Notes: generated by a model from the sequence alone, not told the origin. DNA of 64,000 nucleotides from Rhynchopus sp. YZ270_cl-10 (GCA_964035575.1 OZ037836.1:1240001-1304000); one strand, 5' to 3'. Shown: positions 31,722 through 43,965, numbered from the stretch's first letter. Numbers and translations are program-made.

Positions 31722-34700
31722 TAGTTGTTGATGCAGGCACCTCCGACTGACCCACGTACGATGCCAGCCATCCGGATGAAAGCACAAAAAAAAAAAAAAA
31801 AAAAAATGGGTAAATTGCGATAACACACACGTATACTTTTTTGTGTGCGTGTTATCGCAATTTACTAAAGAAATAATAACAGGGGGAAGAAACTCTCGTG
31901 CACACACATAAAAAAGTTGAAAGACGAGAAAAAAAAAATTAACTGGATGCACAAAAAGGGGGGGAGAACTGTTGGAGGGAGGGGATGGGAAAGAGAAGAA
32001 GAACTTATAAGATGACCCTAAGCCTCTCTGTGCTGAAGTCACCTTTGGACACAATCGTTATTGCACAGCATCAGCCTGACTGTGTAAAGCATTGCTGAGG
32101 CAGACGTCTCAGACTGACCCCGGACACCATCCCCAGACGATAGCACAACACAGAATACTCTGATAGGCAAGTAAAAGGGGGGGAAAAATTGGAATTTTTT
32201 TTTTTCCGTTGATTGCTCAATTACCCCTGTTGGAGGGGTGGTGATTGGCGATCGCATTGGGGGAACCATTTCTCCTTTAAGCCAAACGTTGTTTGTGAGA
32301 TCCAAACTATTTCATATACCGTAATCGTACTAATGTTCGTAAAAAAAAAAGGTCGAACTTCCAGAAAAATCTGAAAAGGTCAACAAACATATTTACGGTC
32401 GATATTTTTTTACGATTACGGTACTTCTTATACAACACCGCTGGTGATCAAGGATGCATCTAAGACTCGACAGGCAACCTCTGTCCCCTCTAACTGCTGT
32501 TGAACAGTCAGGACTTTAATATACATAAAAACATATCTTCAAGGACGTCCCCGTGCTCTGTAAACACACACACACACACACACCCTTTTTGAAATGTGGT
32601 TGTATTAGTGTAGACACCCGAGGATGCGCTCCAATATGTAAATCTGGGGCTTTTTTTTTTTTTGATAAATTTTTGGAGTAGTGTACACGGTGGAGTCTAC
32701 CCGGGGGGGAGTTACTCTTTGGGGGGGACTTAAAGGGGGACTCAAAGAGTCCCCCTAGGGGGACTATGTAGTCCACCTAGGGGGACTATAGTCCCCCTAG
32801 GTGGACTCTTTTGGTGGGTTCTTGTGGGTTGTGGGGGCTGGTGCTGGCAGGTATGTACACACCAGGGGGGTGGTGAGGGTCCCAGATGGGGCCCGGGGAG
32901 GTAAAAGGTCATGTTGTGCATATCATTGCACAGTTTATACAGTGCAAACTGTTGTTTGCCATTAGATGCGATACAATGACAGAGTCTTGTTGCTTATTTC
33001 CTTTCAGTCCTCAGTTGTTAACGCCTGATGTGGTTTGCATGTTTGAAATGTATAGCTATGAGAGCAGCTGCGCACGGGAGACGTGCCGAGAGAAGGAGCC
33101 GTCGCCATACTGGATAAGGCGACGGCCTACAACCATCCAGACCCACCCCAACTCCAGGGATAGACCCTCGGTCGCTGTCGTGATGATGGAGTCCCTCTAC
33201 GGCAGCAGCCCCTCCTGGGCCTCCCCCCACCAGCACCTTCATCATGTGCGCCAGGCAGGCACCTACATCGCCATATATACAGTCGCTCTCCGCACTCCAC
33301 TCCAACATACTCAGGTCGATGCACCTGGGTGGCTACACCACAGATGATGCGAGCGGTGTTAAAGGACGCTAGCGACCACCCCGCCTGGCAGAAGACCCCC
33401 GAGAAGACCGCACGCAAATGGCTTGCGAAAGCACATCGTGGATACCTCCGTGACTGCAGCACGCGATTGCAAGAACACCCGCCTGCTGATGCGACTGCTC
33501 GTGGAGGTGCACCCCGACACCGACCTCCGTCGCGTATCGGGCTTCGACGGCGTGCTGAGGATGAGGCCGCAGACAGCCTCACGCGAGAGGGTGGTGTGGC
33601 TGAGCCGGAGCACAGCCTCAAGGCTCGTGAAGCAGCATTGCTGCATCACGGGAGGGTGATGATCGCCTCACCCAAATATTTTGGGCTTGTCGTACGCCCC
33701 GTCCAGGAACGCAGCGCATGCGCCGCCAGAAGTCGCTCCTCATGCGGGCCCAAAGACCACCCAACCGCGGACTTTGTCGCCGCACTTAACAACAGCGGCC
33801 TCGCGTGCGCAACGCAGACCGTGCCGAGCACTGGGAAGACCTGGTGCGTTAAGTTAACATCATGACACCCGTCCCCAAAGACGCATGTGTCATCAAGGGA
33901 AGCCGGTGATGGCTTGCCAGGCCCAGCCTGGTCACCGATTCAGAAGCAGGAAGAGGGCGGGCCCGGCCACACCCGACAGCGCCAAGCCTGAGGCGAAACG
34001 GCAATGCAAGCCGGAAAAAAGGGGGCAAAAGAAATAGTAGGATCGGTAGGTAAGTAAAGTTGCTTCGTTCATTGCACAAACAAAATAGCAGCAACAGGAC
34101 CACTGCAGCCGAGGGAGAGGAGTCGAGGGAGGAGCTGCAGAGGCAGAACCTCGACCTTCTGCGACAGCTGGTGGAACTGAAGCAGCAGATAGCGTGACGG
34201 CACAGCTCACCGTCACCACCAACCAAGACACTGTGATGACAGCAAAGACCCCTTCTCAAGAGGTCTCTGCCACCTCCACAACTGGGATACACTCCACGCT
34301 CCCTAACCCCGGACCCAAACCCCTCAAGTGTCTCTCCGACAACATCAACGGATTGACACAAACGACACGAGCAGAAGCTGACGTGCCGTCTGCAGGACAC
34401 GGCGTTTGATGCAGGGGTGCAGGTTGTGCTTGCCCGCCCTCGCTTGGCCGACATCAAGTGTCCTGCTCAGTACAGTGTAACGCATACGGGAGACAACGGG
34501 TTACTGTCGCGTTGTGGAACGCTCTGCATCTATAGTAGCAGGCGTGGGCATGTTGGCGGCTTCGACACAGAAACCTACGAGCCTGTCTTCTCATTTGATT
34601 GATGCGGACAATTATGTGTACGGTGCGCCTGCCATCTCTCAGTGCAAGACACGCTGCTACCTGCCTTGTGGGGATTGCCTTCTCAAGGTTGCACTTCCGG

Positions 34701-36139
34701 GTGGGGAGGTGGTCCGCAAAGTCGACTGCGCTTCGTGGACCTTGTTCTCCTGTGGCAGTGTTGTTGTCTCGTATGGCAAAGACGGCGTCTCTGTGTATGA
34801 CGAAGACCTGACGTTGCTCTGCTCTCTCTCGCACGAAGAGTGTGTTACTCTACTGCTCGCCCAAAAAGAGTACGACGTTGTCTGCCTTAAGGAACTCAAA
34901 GCGAGCCAGACAGGCGACATTGGCTTCGACGTTTACATTATGTATGATACAAACGCATGCGTATCCAAAAGCGTGCGAAGGGGGCGACGGCATCGGGAGG
35001 CGGCATCCACGTCTGCACCACACGCACATACAAACACATCTTCACTTCTCCAGAGAGCAGCGTGACGGAGACTCGCCTTCGAAGTGGAAGGTGTGCGATT
35101 CTGCAATATGCACAGGCCAAGTGCGGCAGGCCTGCACAAAAATGACACACTACGTGCCGACGGCAACGTTTCAGAACTGCCCACACACAAGGGAAGGTGG
35201 TGGTTGCGGGGACGTGAACGCGCACCACCGATCCTGGGCACACTGCACTACACGACGCTATGCCACTGCACAAAAAAGGGAAAGACATGACTGACCCTCG
35301 TCGTACCGCCCGATCTCCCTTACCGGCAGTGTGTCGAAGGTGATGGAGAAACTGGTGGGGCGACGCATGCACCAACTGATGAGCCAGCCAGACTCTTCAG
35401 TGAACAACCTCCACTCAGCTTAGGACGAGCCACCCTCTTGCTCCACCGGAAGGCAGCAAAGGTGATCACCGGTGCGACTACATGTCGCACGGTCAGGACG
35501 TGTTGTGGGAGGCACCGCAGATCACAGCGTACCACCAACGACTACGAGAAGTTTGTAGGACTGCCCGGCTCGCTTGGGCATGCTGTGTTTAACAAACTAA
35601 ACCAGGCATTTTCATAGTTCATGAAATGCTGGAGACATACATCTTAGGTACGTACGTAATACGCGGCAAATAGGTAGCAAAAATAATAAAATACATAGTG
35701 AACTGAGGACTGAAAGGAAATAAGCAACAAGACTCTGTCATTGTATCGCATCTAATGACAAACAACAGTTTGCACTGTATAAACTGTGCAATGATATGCA
35801 TACCATGACCTTTTACCTCCCCGGGCCCCATCTGGGACCCTCACCACCCCCCTGGTGTGTACATACCTGTCAGCACCAGCCCCCACAACCCACAAGAACC
35901 CACCAAAAGAGTCCACCTAGGCATACATGGTAAGCGAACAAAAAATTCGCTTTATTCGCTTTTGGTTCGCTTTTTTATTCGCTTTATTCGCCGGCGAATA
36001 AAGCGAATAAAGCGAACCAAAAGCGAACGAAAAAGCGAACAAAAAGCGAATAAAAAGCAACGTATTTTTTGTCAAGTCTAGTGTGTCGAGTCTAGTCCCC
36101 CGAGATCCCCCAATACCCGCAACGACGCCAAAATAAGGC

Positions 36140-37013
36140 TACTGTACTGTACTGTACTGTACTGTACTGTACTGTACTGTACTGTACTGTACTGTACTGT
36201 ACTGTACTGTACTGTACTGTACTGTACTGTACTGTACTGTACTGTGCTGTACTGTACTGTACTGTACTGTACTGTACTGTACTGTACTGTACTGTACTGT
36301 ACTGTACTGTACTGTACTGTACTGTACTGTACTGTACTGTACTGTACTGTACTGTACTGTACTGTACTGTACTGTACTGTACTGTACTGTACTGTACTGT
36401 ACTGTACTGTACTGTACTGTACTGTACTGTACTGTACTGTACTGTACTGTACTGTACTGTACTGTACTGTACTGTACTGTACTGTACTGTACTGTACTGT
36501 ACTGTACTGTACTGTACTGTACTGTACTGTACTGTACTGTACTGTACTGTACTGTACTGTACTGTACTGTACTGTACTGTACTGTACTGTACTGTACTGT
36601 ACTGTACTGTACTGTACTGTACTGTACTGTACTGTACTGTACTGTACTGTACTGTACTGTACTGTACTGTACTGTACTGTACTGTACTGTACTGTACTGT
36701 ACTGTACTGTACTGTACTGTACTGTACTGTACTGTACTGTACTGTACTGTACTGTACTGTACTGTACTGTACTGTACTGTACTGTACTGTACTGTACTGT
36801 ACTGTACTGTACTGTACTGTACTGTACTGTACTGTACTGTACTGTACTGTACTGTACTGTACTGTACTGTACTGTACTGTACTGTACTGTACTGTACTGT
36901 ACTGTACTGTACTGTACTGTACTGTACTGTACTGTACTGTACTGTACTGTACTGTACTGTACTGTACTGTACTGTACTGTACTGTACTGTACTGTACTGT
37001 ACTGTACTGTACT
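36140..37013. repeat. (CTGTA)n microsatellite, ~174 units
   Basis: Perfect apart from one CTGTG variant near 36245. Confidence 0.98.
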
Positions 37014-37022
37014 CCCAATCCC

Positions 37023-37355
37023 CTGTGTATACTGTGTATACTGTGTATACTGTGTATACTGTGTATACTGTGTATACTGTGTATACTGTGTATACTGTGT
37101 ATACTGTGTATACTGTGTATACTGTGTATACTGTGTATACTGTGTATACTGTGTATACTGTGTATACTGTGTATACTGTGTATACTGTGTATACTGTGTA
37201 TACTGTGTATACTGTGTATACTGTGTATACTGTGTATACTGTGTATACTGTGTATACTGTGTATACTGTGTATACTGTGTATACTGTGTATACTGTGTAT
37301 ACTGTGTATACTGTGTATACTGTGTATACTGTGTATACTGTGTATACTGTGTATA
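37023..37355. repeat. (CTGTGTATA)n array, 37 units
   Basis: Perfect 9-bp tandem array. Confidence 0.98.
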
Positions 37356-37913
37356 CTCAGTACTCAGCACCCACTAGCTCTCAGTAAGCTCTCACAGCCT
37401 GTTACGTGTCCCACGGAGACGATCATAGATCACCCAAAGGCGAATAAAAGGCGAATAAAGCGAATAAAAAAGCGAACCAAAAGCGAATAAAGCGAATAAA
37501 GCGAATAAAAAAGCGAACCAAAAGCGAATAAAGCGAACTTTTTATTCGCTTTTTTGGAAAAGCGAATAAAGCGAATTTTTTGTTCGCTTACCATGTATGC
37601 CTAGGGGGACTATAGTCCCCCTAGGTGGACTACATAGTCCCCCTAGGGGGACTCTATAGTCCCCCTAGGGGGACTATGGAGTCCCCCTAATCCGACACCC
37701 CAAAAGAGTAACTCCCCCCCGGGTAGACTCCACCGTGTAGTTGCCTCGGTTGTGTTGCCACAGGTGTGCAATCTCCACTGTTTTTTTCTGTTCCTACAAA
37801 ATGGACACTGGAAATCACTTTGTTGTGCAAAGTCTGGTTCCAACTTTTTCCTTTATTAAAAAGTACCAGTTCTTTGACAAGCCGCGAACCTCTACAAAAA
37901 AGCCCTGGAAAGC

Positions 37914-38037
37914 TGGTGTGGCTGGCGACCCCAAAATAGCAGAAAGTAGCACAAAATAGCACCTCCCTTCAGCCGCACCAAAAAATCCAGAATAGCAGAA
38001 AATGGCACAAAAATAGCACGCCCTTTCAGCCACACCA
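37914..38037. mobile_element. Second copy of the 125-bp TGGTG...CACCA MITE
   Basis: High identity to 8436-8560; TSD not clean. Confidence 0.85.
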
Positions 38038-38506
38038 GAAACGGGGAAATAAGAAAAATATTGCAAACGACTCACCTAACGGCGGACACAGGTACTAAAA
38101 AAAAAGGGGGGAAAGAGGGAACTGGGTAAGATAACCGTAAAGCACTTTCGTGCTTCGTCACTGGGGGGAAACACATTGAAATAGTGTATGGTCCTTTTTG
38201 CTTCTCCTTGTGATTTGCCTAATTAAAAATAGCAAATTATCTGAGGGAAGCAGGAAGGAGATGGGTGTTTGAAGGAAAGTTATTGTTTTTGTTTTGTGCT
38301 CTTTTTCTTGTTTTGGTGGTATTTAAAAAAGGGGGAGGGGAGGGGGGGGGGGGGAAAGGGGGAATGTGAAGCCGACAGTGCAAAAGACATCAGGACAAGA
38401 GGCACCGACACTTTGTGGATTAAAAAAAAAAAAATACCCAACTATCTTCTCACGTCACCTTGACTACAAAAAAGGTTGAAACAGGGGGGAGTAAGGAAAC
38501 AAATAA

Positions 38507-39465
38507 GGGCTAACAAACTTTCGTTTTGTGTAAGCGTCCCAAGCCTCTCCAGAAAAACCTAGGCAGGCAGGCAAAAAAAAGTTTGTTTCAAAAAAAAAAA
38601 AATATCCGCTCCCAAAACTGGTCGGGTCCCTGAATACTGCAGTGTAATGAGGGGGTGGGCCCGAAGAAAAAGTTTTTCACACAAAAAATCGAAAAAAAAA
38701 ATTTCTTTTTTCGATTCTCCCGGTCTGTGTGTGCTGTGATGCGGTCAATTTGCGCTCAGAAATGAGTATTTTTGACCTAAAATACATGTATGGGTTTTCA
38801 GGCCAAAAATCGTAAAAAAATTGCCACGATTCGCAGTTTTGCCAACGTGCTTTTGTCTTTATGAAGACAGCAAGAGCGCCGCAGGCGCACGGTACGCTAC
38901 TTTTGCCCTATTTTCTTTGGCTTGTGAAGGTGGTGGAGGCTGAACGGCTTGCGAAGGAAGCTGAGACGGTGATGGTGTTTGTTGGGTAGGTGCAGACAAT
39001 TTGAAGAGTCGCGCAAAACCTTGGGACTCCATTTGATTGTGTGCACTGGTGAGAAACAATTCAGCGCCGCAGGCGCACGGTACGCTACGTCCTTTTTTTT
39101 CTCCTCCTTTTTCTGTCTTCTTTGGACTAATCGAACCGATTGCTGCTCACGATGGGGTCACAGGTGCATATGAAATCGTGCGTCGCACCGTACTACCCAG
39201 TGTGCCTCATGCTGCATTTTTTTCTTTTTTTTGCGATTCCCAAAATTTGGTCCCCCCGGGCGGGGGGACCAAAATCCTACGCGGAAACCCTGAAATTTTT
39301 TGTGTGTAAAAATTGGTGGGAAATTTGTTTTTTTTTCGGGCCTTCCCCTTATAAGACCGTGTATACAGGGGGAAAAAACTTTTTTCAAAAAAAACTTTTT
39401 TTTTTGGATTCTCAAAAAAACCTAGGCAGGCATGACGCTTACACAGAAGAAAAGTTTGTTAGCCC
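38507..39465. mobile_element. PIF/Harbinger-type (Tourist-like) non-autonomous element, TAA TSD
   Basis: TAA|GGGCTAACAAACTTTCGTTTTGTGTAAGCGTC ... GACGCTTACACAGAAGAAAAGTTTGTTAGCCC|TAA. Confidence 0.88.
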
Positions 39466-39497
39466 TAAAGTGTAAATGTCTCGCCGCTGTTAGGCGA

Positions 39498-39629
39498 GAC
39501 ACGACGCCGTGGTCTCTTGTCAGACAAGTGAAATAACATGTCAAAAAATGACATGCAAAATGACAACCACTAGTCTTCTATTTCGCTTGTCACGTGACAT
39601 GTCATGACAAGAGATTATGGTGTCGTGTC
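39498..39629. mobile_element. Small inverted-repeat element, ~25-bp imperfect TIRs
   Basis: GACACGACGCCGTGGTCTCTTGTCA ... TGACAAGAGATTATGGTGTCGTGTC; internal TGACA/TGTCA repeats; TSD not clear. Confidence 0.6.
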
Positions 39630-40254
39630 CGCAGGCACTGCGGGGAGGGGAGGGGGGGGTTAGGGTCGCATGACGGTGAAGCAACTACAGTAACACAACA
39701 ACCACCGAGCAGGGTAAAAAAAAACCCCCCCCCCCCCCCCCCCTTCCTTAGAGTTTTGAAAGTCCTAACACCTGACTTAGTTTTTTTTTTACCCCACCTA
39801 TGTTTATTGTATTACTGCATGTTGACATGTGGTGCTACTTTTGTATTTGCATATCGTCGAAATACGACTGTAAAACCACAAGTCAAGTCATTTACGTCAC
39901 CATTGTAGACCTCTCCTGGCGTGAAATTGTAAAAACCATCTACTAAAAAAAGTAGGATCAAAAACAGCCATTGTGAAATTATTACGCGTCCACTCGACGT
40001 TTGGATAAAGAAAACTAGAGATGAAAAAGGGGGTTTGGGGGAAGAGTTTAATTCTTGAACGCATCCCCACACTCAGTCATACATGTCTTATAAACATTTT
40101 TTGCAAGGATAGGGGCTGGAGACAGTCTTGAGATAACAACTTTTATTTCTTCCCTTTTTTTCCTTTTTTTGAAAACTGTGTTTTGTTGTGTAGACACCCA
40201 AGGATGAGTTCCACTTAACCCTTTTTTTTCTCTCTTTTTCGTTTCTTATAATCA

Positions 40255-42558
40255 CTAATGCAGAACGGCAGTGTGGTAATTTACACCAAATTTCACTGGC
40301 TGGCAGCCGTTTTGCAGGATATTGCCTAAGTGCTCAATCGTGCTGGCCACCTTCGTTGTGTCCATTTCCTGGAGCTTCGCCATGCCCTTCTCAGCGTCGT
40401 GCACCTTCCCATTCTTCATATCCAGGCACAGCTCGTTTAGCTTCCCCTCTACCGTCTCGCCATCGTCAATCTCGTACATCCACTCCTTTTCGTCGTCCTG
40501 CTTTTTACCACAGTAACTGTACACTACGTCTGTGCTTTTTGCGTTTGCAAATCTCACCAAATCGCAGGCCCTCCACAGGAATAGGGAACGGGTCTGCTCA
40601 CTAATCTTTTTGGTGCATAAATAAGGCGAGTCGTGGTAGCAGGCCAGAGCAGCGAGGAGGTTGGCCTGCACCCTGGCGTCGGTTAGCGTCGCGACAGTGC
40701 GAATGGCATCACCTCCTGCCGATCCTGTTACGCCTTGGCCGACGGCGCAACCTACTGTCACACTACCAGTGAAAGCCATACTCTTTACAAGGCCGACTGC
40801 TTCTGCGACGTTGTTGAGGTTCACAAACCCGTCGCGGCCCCACACTATGTTAAACGTTTCGCTGGAAATCTGGTCAAGGACGCCTTTCAACGAGAGCGTC
40901 GCTGCTGAGAGCCGCTCCATAAACTCGCAGTGCAAAGGGTGGATTTTGTCGCATTCTTTGTCAGAGTGGCGGTGGGCGACTTTGACACTCATTACTGCAA
41001 GGTGCTTTTTGAAGTCAAATGTGCGGACCCCCATATTCTGACGGACCACCACAGAGCGTACGGTGCTGTCAAGGGTGTGGGTAGTGCCCTGGGAGTTGAT
41101 TCGGGTTGACTGGGCCGATTCCGAGTCCGGTTCTTCTTCGTCATCGTCGGCGAATAAGGCTTGAGGCATGTACGATTTGATGACTTTCATTTGCTTGAGA
41201 AGTGTAATGAAAGTAAGTTGTAAGGTTCGGATCTCGCTCCAGCCGGACATGATAACAGAGGATTCGTCCATTTTGAATTCCGATAGGAGGTCGAGCTCGA
41301 TGGCGAGTCTGCGGAGCGGGGCAATGAAGAAGTAGATGACGATTGCGGAGAGAAACGCCTTCACCACCAGCACCGAGATGTACATCACCAGCAGCCACCG
41401 CCCGGTGTTGTTGATATCCTCCAGGAAGATCTCCTCTGGGAGCAGGATCACCACACACCAACGCAGATTTTTCCTTTGAATCGTGCTGATCGACAGGAAA
41501 TGCTTCGTTCCTTCCACCGAAAGCTGGTCAGAAACACCGGTCACACCCTCCCACGACCCAAAATTCTCCACCACAAAAAAATGCGTTCTTTTAATGTACG
41601 ACACCTGAGTAGTGTTGACCGGAACAAACTCGATGGTACCTGGCGCAACACATTCGTCACCAAGCATGGGTACCGACACCAACGCTGAGGTCCGACAATA
41701 CAGCAACGGGGTGTTGTCCGAGGTGCCAATAATCGCCTGCACACCCCCTTGACGAAGCACATCCTTGACATCCACGACGAACGCTTTGTACCCCAACGGC
41801 AGCTGCACGTTGCGGAGCAACTCCCCTGCGAACCCTAGCGCCATATCAATCGTGGTCACTCCCATCAACCCTGACTTCGTGTAGGACACTGTCGACTCCG
41901 ACAACATGGTGACCGGGGTTTGCGATCCCATCGTGTAGATAGACGTCCATGCTTTGTCATTAGGTATCGCAGCATTGCACACTGTGTACCATTCCTGCTC
42001 CGAACTATTATAGTCCGGCTCCATATAGAGCAGCCGTGCAGCAGGGAGGCTGCCCTCATGCAGCAGAGGCAGGGTGGTGTTGAAGTCGTACAGCTGGACC
42101 TTCCCGGCAGCGCTGGTGTTGCTGGACCAATAGCCTTTGTGGATTCCGACTGAATCCGTGTAGACCCCGTGGAGATGGCCCATTTTTGTTGTCATGGAAA
42201 CTGTCGTAATCGATTTACGATAGGCGTCGAGCTGCATTTTGAATATCCCCATAAAGTGTGTAACGTTGTGCTCTGAGAGGGAGCCGTCCGTGAACAACCC
42301 TGCATTCATCAGTGTAACGGTTTCGGCTACCTCAAGGTGGTGCTGCATGCTGTCTTTGATGTGGCTGCGAATCTCCGTCATGAGTTTGTCGGACAGATCG
42401 TTAATCGCGTCTGTCGCGGAGTCGGAGGACACCTTCCACGTGACCAGGCCCGAAGCGTACATAAAAAGCATCAACGCAGACAGCACAAAGCGCAGCGAGA
42501 ACACAGTCCGTACCACAACGTTCCGTGTGTCCACCACGCGTTCGACTTCGTCCTGCAT
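40255..42558 (-). CDS. Receptor-type protein: TM - Cache-like extracellular domain - TM - HAMP-like linker - degenerate class III nucleotide cyclase-like domain, 767 aa
   Basis: Two hydrophobic segments; Cache-like QEWY...AWTSIY...GVTTIDM and RWCVVILLPEE; PLRRLA...SEIRTLQ..F..L...IKSYMPQ; C-terminal EWMYEI; catalytic Asp residues not evident. Confidence 0.75.
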   Translation of the reverse strand: MQDEVERVVDTRNVVVRTVFSLRFVLSALMLFMYASGLVTWKVSSDSATDAINDLSDKLMTEIRSHIKDSMQHHLEVAETVTLMNAGLFTDGSLSEHNVTHFMGIFKMQLDAYRKSITTVSMTTKMGHLHGVYTDSVGIHKGYWSSNTSAAGKVQLYDFNTTLPLLHEGSLPAARLLYMEPDYNSSEQEWYTVCNAAIPNDKAWTSIYTMGSQTPVTMLSESTVSYTKSGLMGVTTIDMALGFAGELLRNVQLPLGYKAFVVDVKDVLRQGGVQAIIGTSDNTPLLYCRTSALVSVPMLGDECVAPGTIEFVPVNTTQVSYIKRTHFFVVENFGSWEGVTGVSDQLSVEGTKHFLSISTIQRKNLRWCVVILLPEEIFLEDINNTGRWLLVMYISVLVVKAFLSAIVIYFFIAPLRRLAIELDLLSEFKMDESSVIMSGWSEIRTLQLTFITLLKQMKVIKSYMPQALFADDDEEEPDSESAQSTRINSQGTTHTLDSTVRSVVVRQNMGVRTFDFKKHLAVMSVKVAHRHSDKECDKIHPLHCEFMERLSAATLSLKGVLDQISSETFNIVWGRDGFVNLNNVAEAVGLVKSMAFTGSVTVGCAVGQGVTGSAGGDAIRTVATLTDARVQANLLAALACYHDSPYLCTKKISEQTRSLFLWRACDLVRFANAKSTDVVYSYCGKKQDDEKEWMYEIDDGETVEGKLNELCLDMKNGKVHDAEKGMAKLQEMDTTKVASTIEHLGNILQNGCQPVKFGVNYHTAVLH

Positions 42559-43965
42559 AGTATAAAGAGAGAGAGTGTAATATGTGTAGCTTTGCTGGGA
42601 ACATGGTAGGGAAAGGAATATAAAATGACTCTAAGCCTTGGTCACCTTAAACAAAAGGTAGTGTTGAAATACAAAGCCCTCTCGTGAAACAGTGTACCTT
42701 GGTATGACCAGGCTGTACCGGGGATGGACACCCAACCCATGCAGTCCTACATCCATTTCGTGGTTTACATCTGATTTGTGCTACTCCTGCTTCCACTCAA
42801 GCCAGATGAACGGGGAGCATTGCAAACACGGGGATGCTGTATGCTGTCTTTAATTTGGCTACGAATCTCTGTCATAGTTTTGTCGGACAGATCGTGTCCC
42901 TTCTTGCAACTCTATGAAGGTTTAGGGTGGGACGGCTTCCCGTACGTCATGGGAAGTGGTATGACAAAGGTCGCAGTGGAAGCGGTTGGGTGTCACCGTA
43001 ATGGATCAAAAGACACTTACACGAGTAAGTCACTCTTCGAAGGTAGGTCCAGGTCAGGACACCTAGCCACACAGAGGAGGGGAAAAGTTGGGAGCAGCTT
43101 TTCGCCTTCAGACCCCCGACTTCAGATCTCTCACCTCTCCACCCCCTCTCCCTGAACCAGCGCCCTTCACAGACGTTCCCTCCTCACGAAAGCAAACCCA
43201 CCTTCCCCTGCCCCTCTCACGCACCGTTACCTGCCCCGTTCTGCACAAGAAACCCGCACAGCCTCCACGCTGTCTCCACCCACCCCACGCAAGGAAGAAC
43301 GCCAAAGGTGTTCTCGTGCTGCAACCACAGACAAGCTGAGGTGCCAGACAAATGCACGAAAGCACCCCACCGCCAGACACAGCTTCCCTCCCATCATCAC
43401 CACAAAACGATCGAGGGAAGCGCCACACCCAAACCCCCCACACTCACAACTCCACCCCCCACAAGGACAGCCGTTCAACATCAAAGCGCCTCAAAACAAA
43501 GCGCATCCTCCCCCCTGAGTCCCCCCAGTCACATCATCAAGTGAAAGCACGCCAGCAGTGCATCAGAGCACACAACGGAAGCCACTCGCCTCCGTCATCA
43601 CACCTCACACCTCTTCGTGCAAGCTACCAAGAAGACAGTGAAAGACCATGTGGTGTCGACTTCAGTAGTATTTAATTACAGCAAAAAGGGGGGTTGGGCG
43701 GGGAGGTACGTTGTAATGAATAAGACATGGGTTTTTGTGGGTATTCTTTTGCAGCACAGAGTAAAATAACACAATGTGTGGAACGTCTTGCTCAGCACAG
43801 CTCTCCTCTCGCACCAAGTAGTAGTCTGTGCCACGGTGAGCAAGACTGTGCCCCTCTTCTTCTCCGAACCAGAGGACGCAAGCAGACATACTGCCAGAGA
43901 CCCTCCACCTCGGGGAGGTGCTGCCCTCCCACCAACACACCACGTCGTCATTGTGCGTGTCTCCG

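Larger units (their letters stand above)
35921..37600. mobile_element. Satellite-carrying TIR element nested in the right TIR of 32686-37737 (TSD CTAG, or TA with GGC ends)
   Basis: CTAG|GCATACATGGTAAGCGAACAAAAAATTCGCTTTATTCGCTTT ... reverse complement|CTAG; AAGCGAATAA subterminal repeats; the left TIR of the host element supplies the empty site. Confidence 0.92.
32686..37737. mobile_element. 5-kb TIR element with ~330-bp TIRs, TA TSD and gene-like cargo
   Basis: TA|CACGGTGGAGTCTACCCGGGGGGGAGTTACTCTTT ... AAAGAGTAACTCCCCCCCGGGTAGACTCCACCGTG|TA; 32686-33016 mirrors 35701-35920 plus 37605-37737; empty site GAGTAGTGTAGTTGCCTCGGTTGTG at 25968-25992. Confidence 0.92.

Noticed and set aside
36078..37387. 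ORFs with (STVQY)n, (YTQ)n, (VYC)n
   Set aside because: Microsatellite translation artefacts
43088..43960. Recurring short ORFs in the intergenic repeat (also near 49.7-50.5, 58.1-58.8 and 60.0-60.9 kb)
   Set aside because: Frames are not preserved between copies (indels, hAT insertion); treated as duplicated 3' flank
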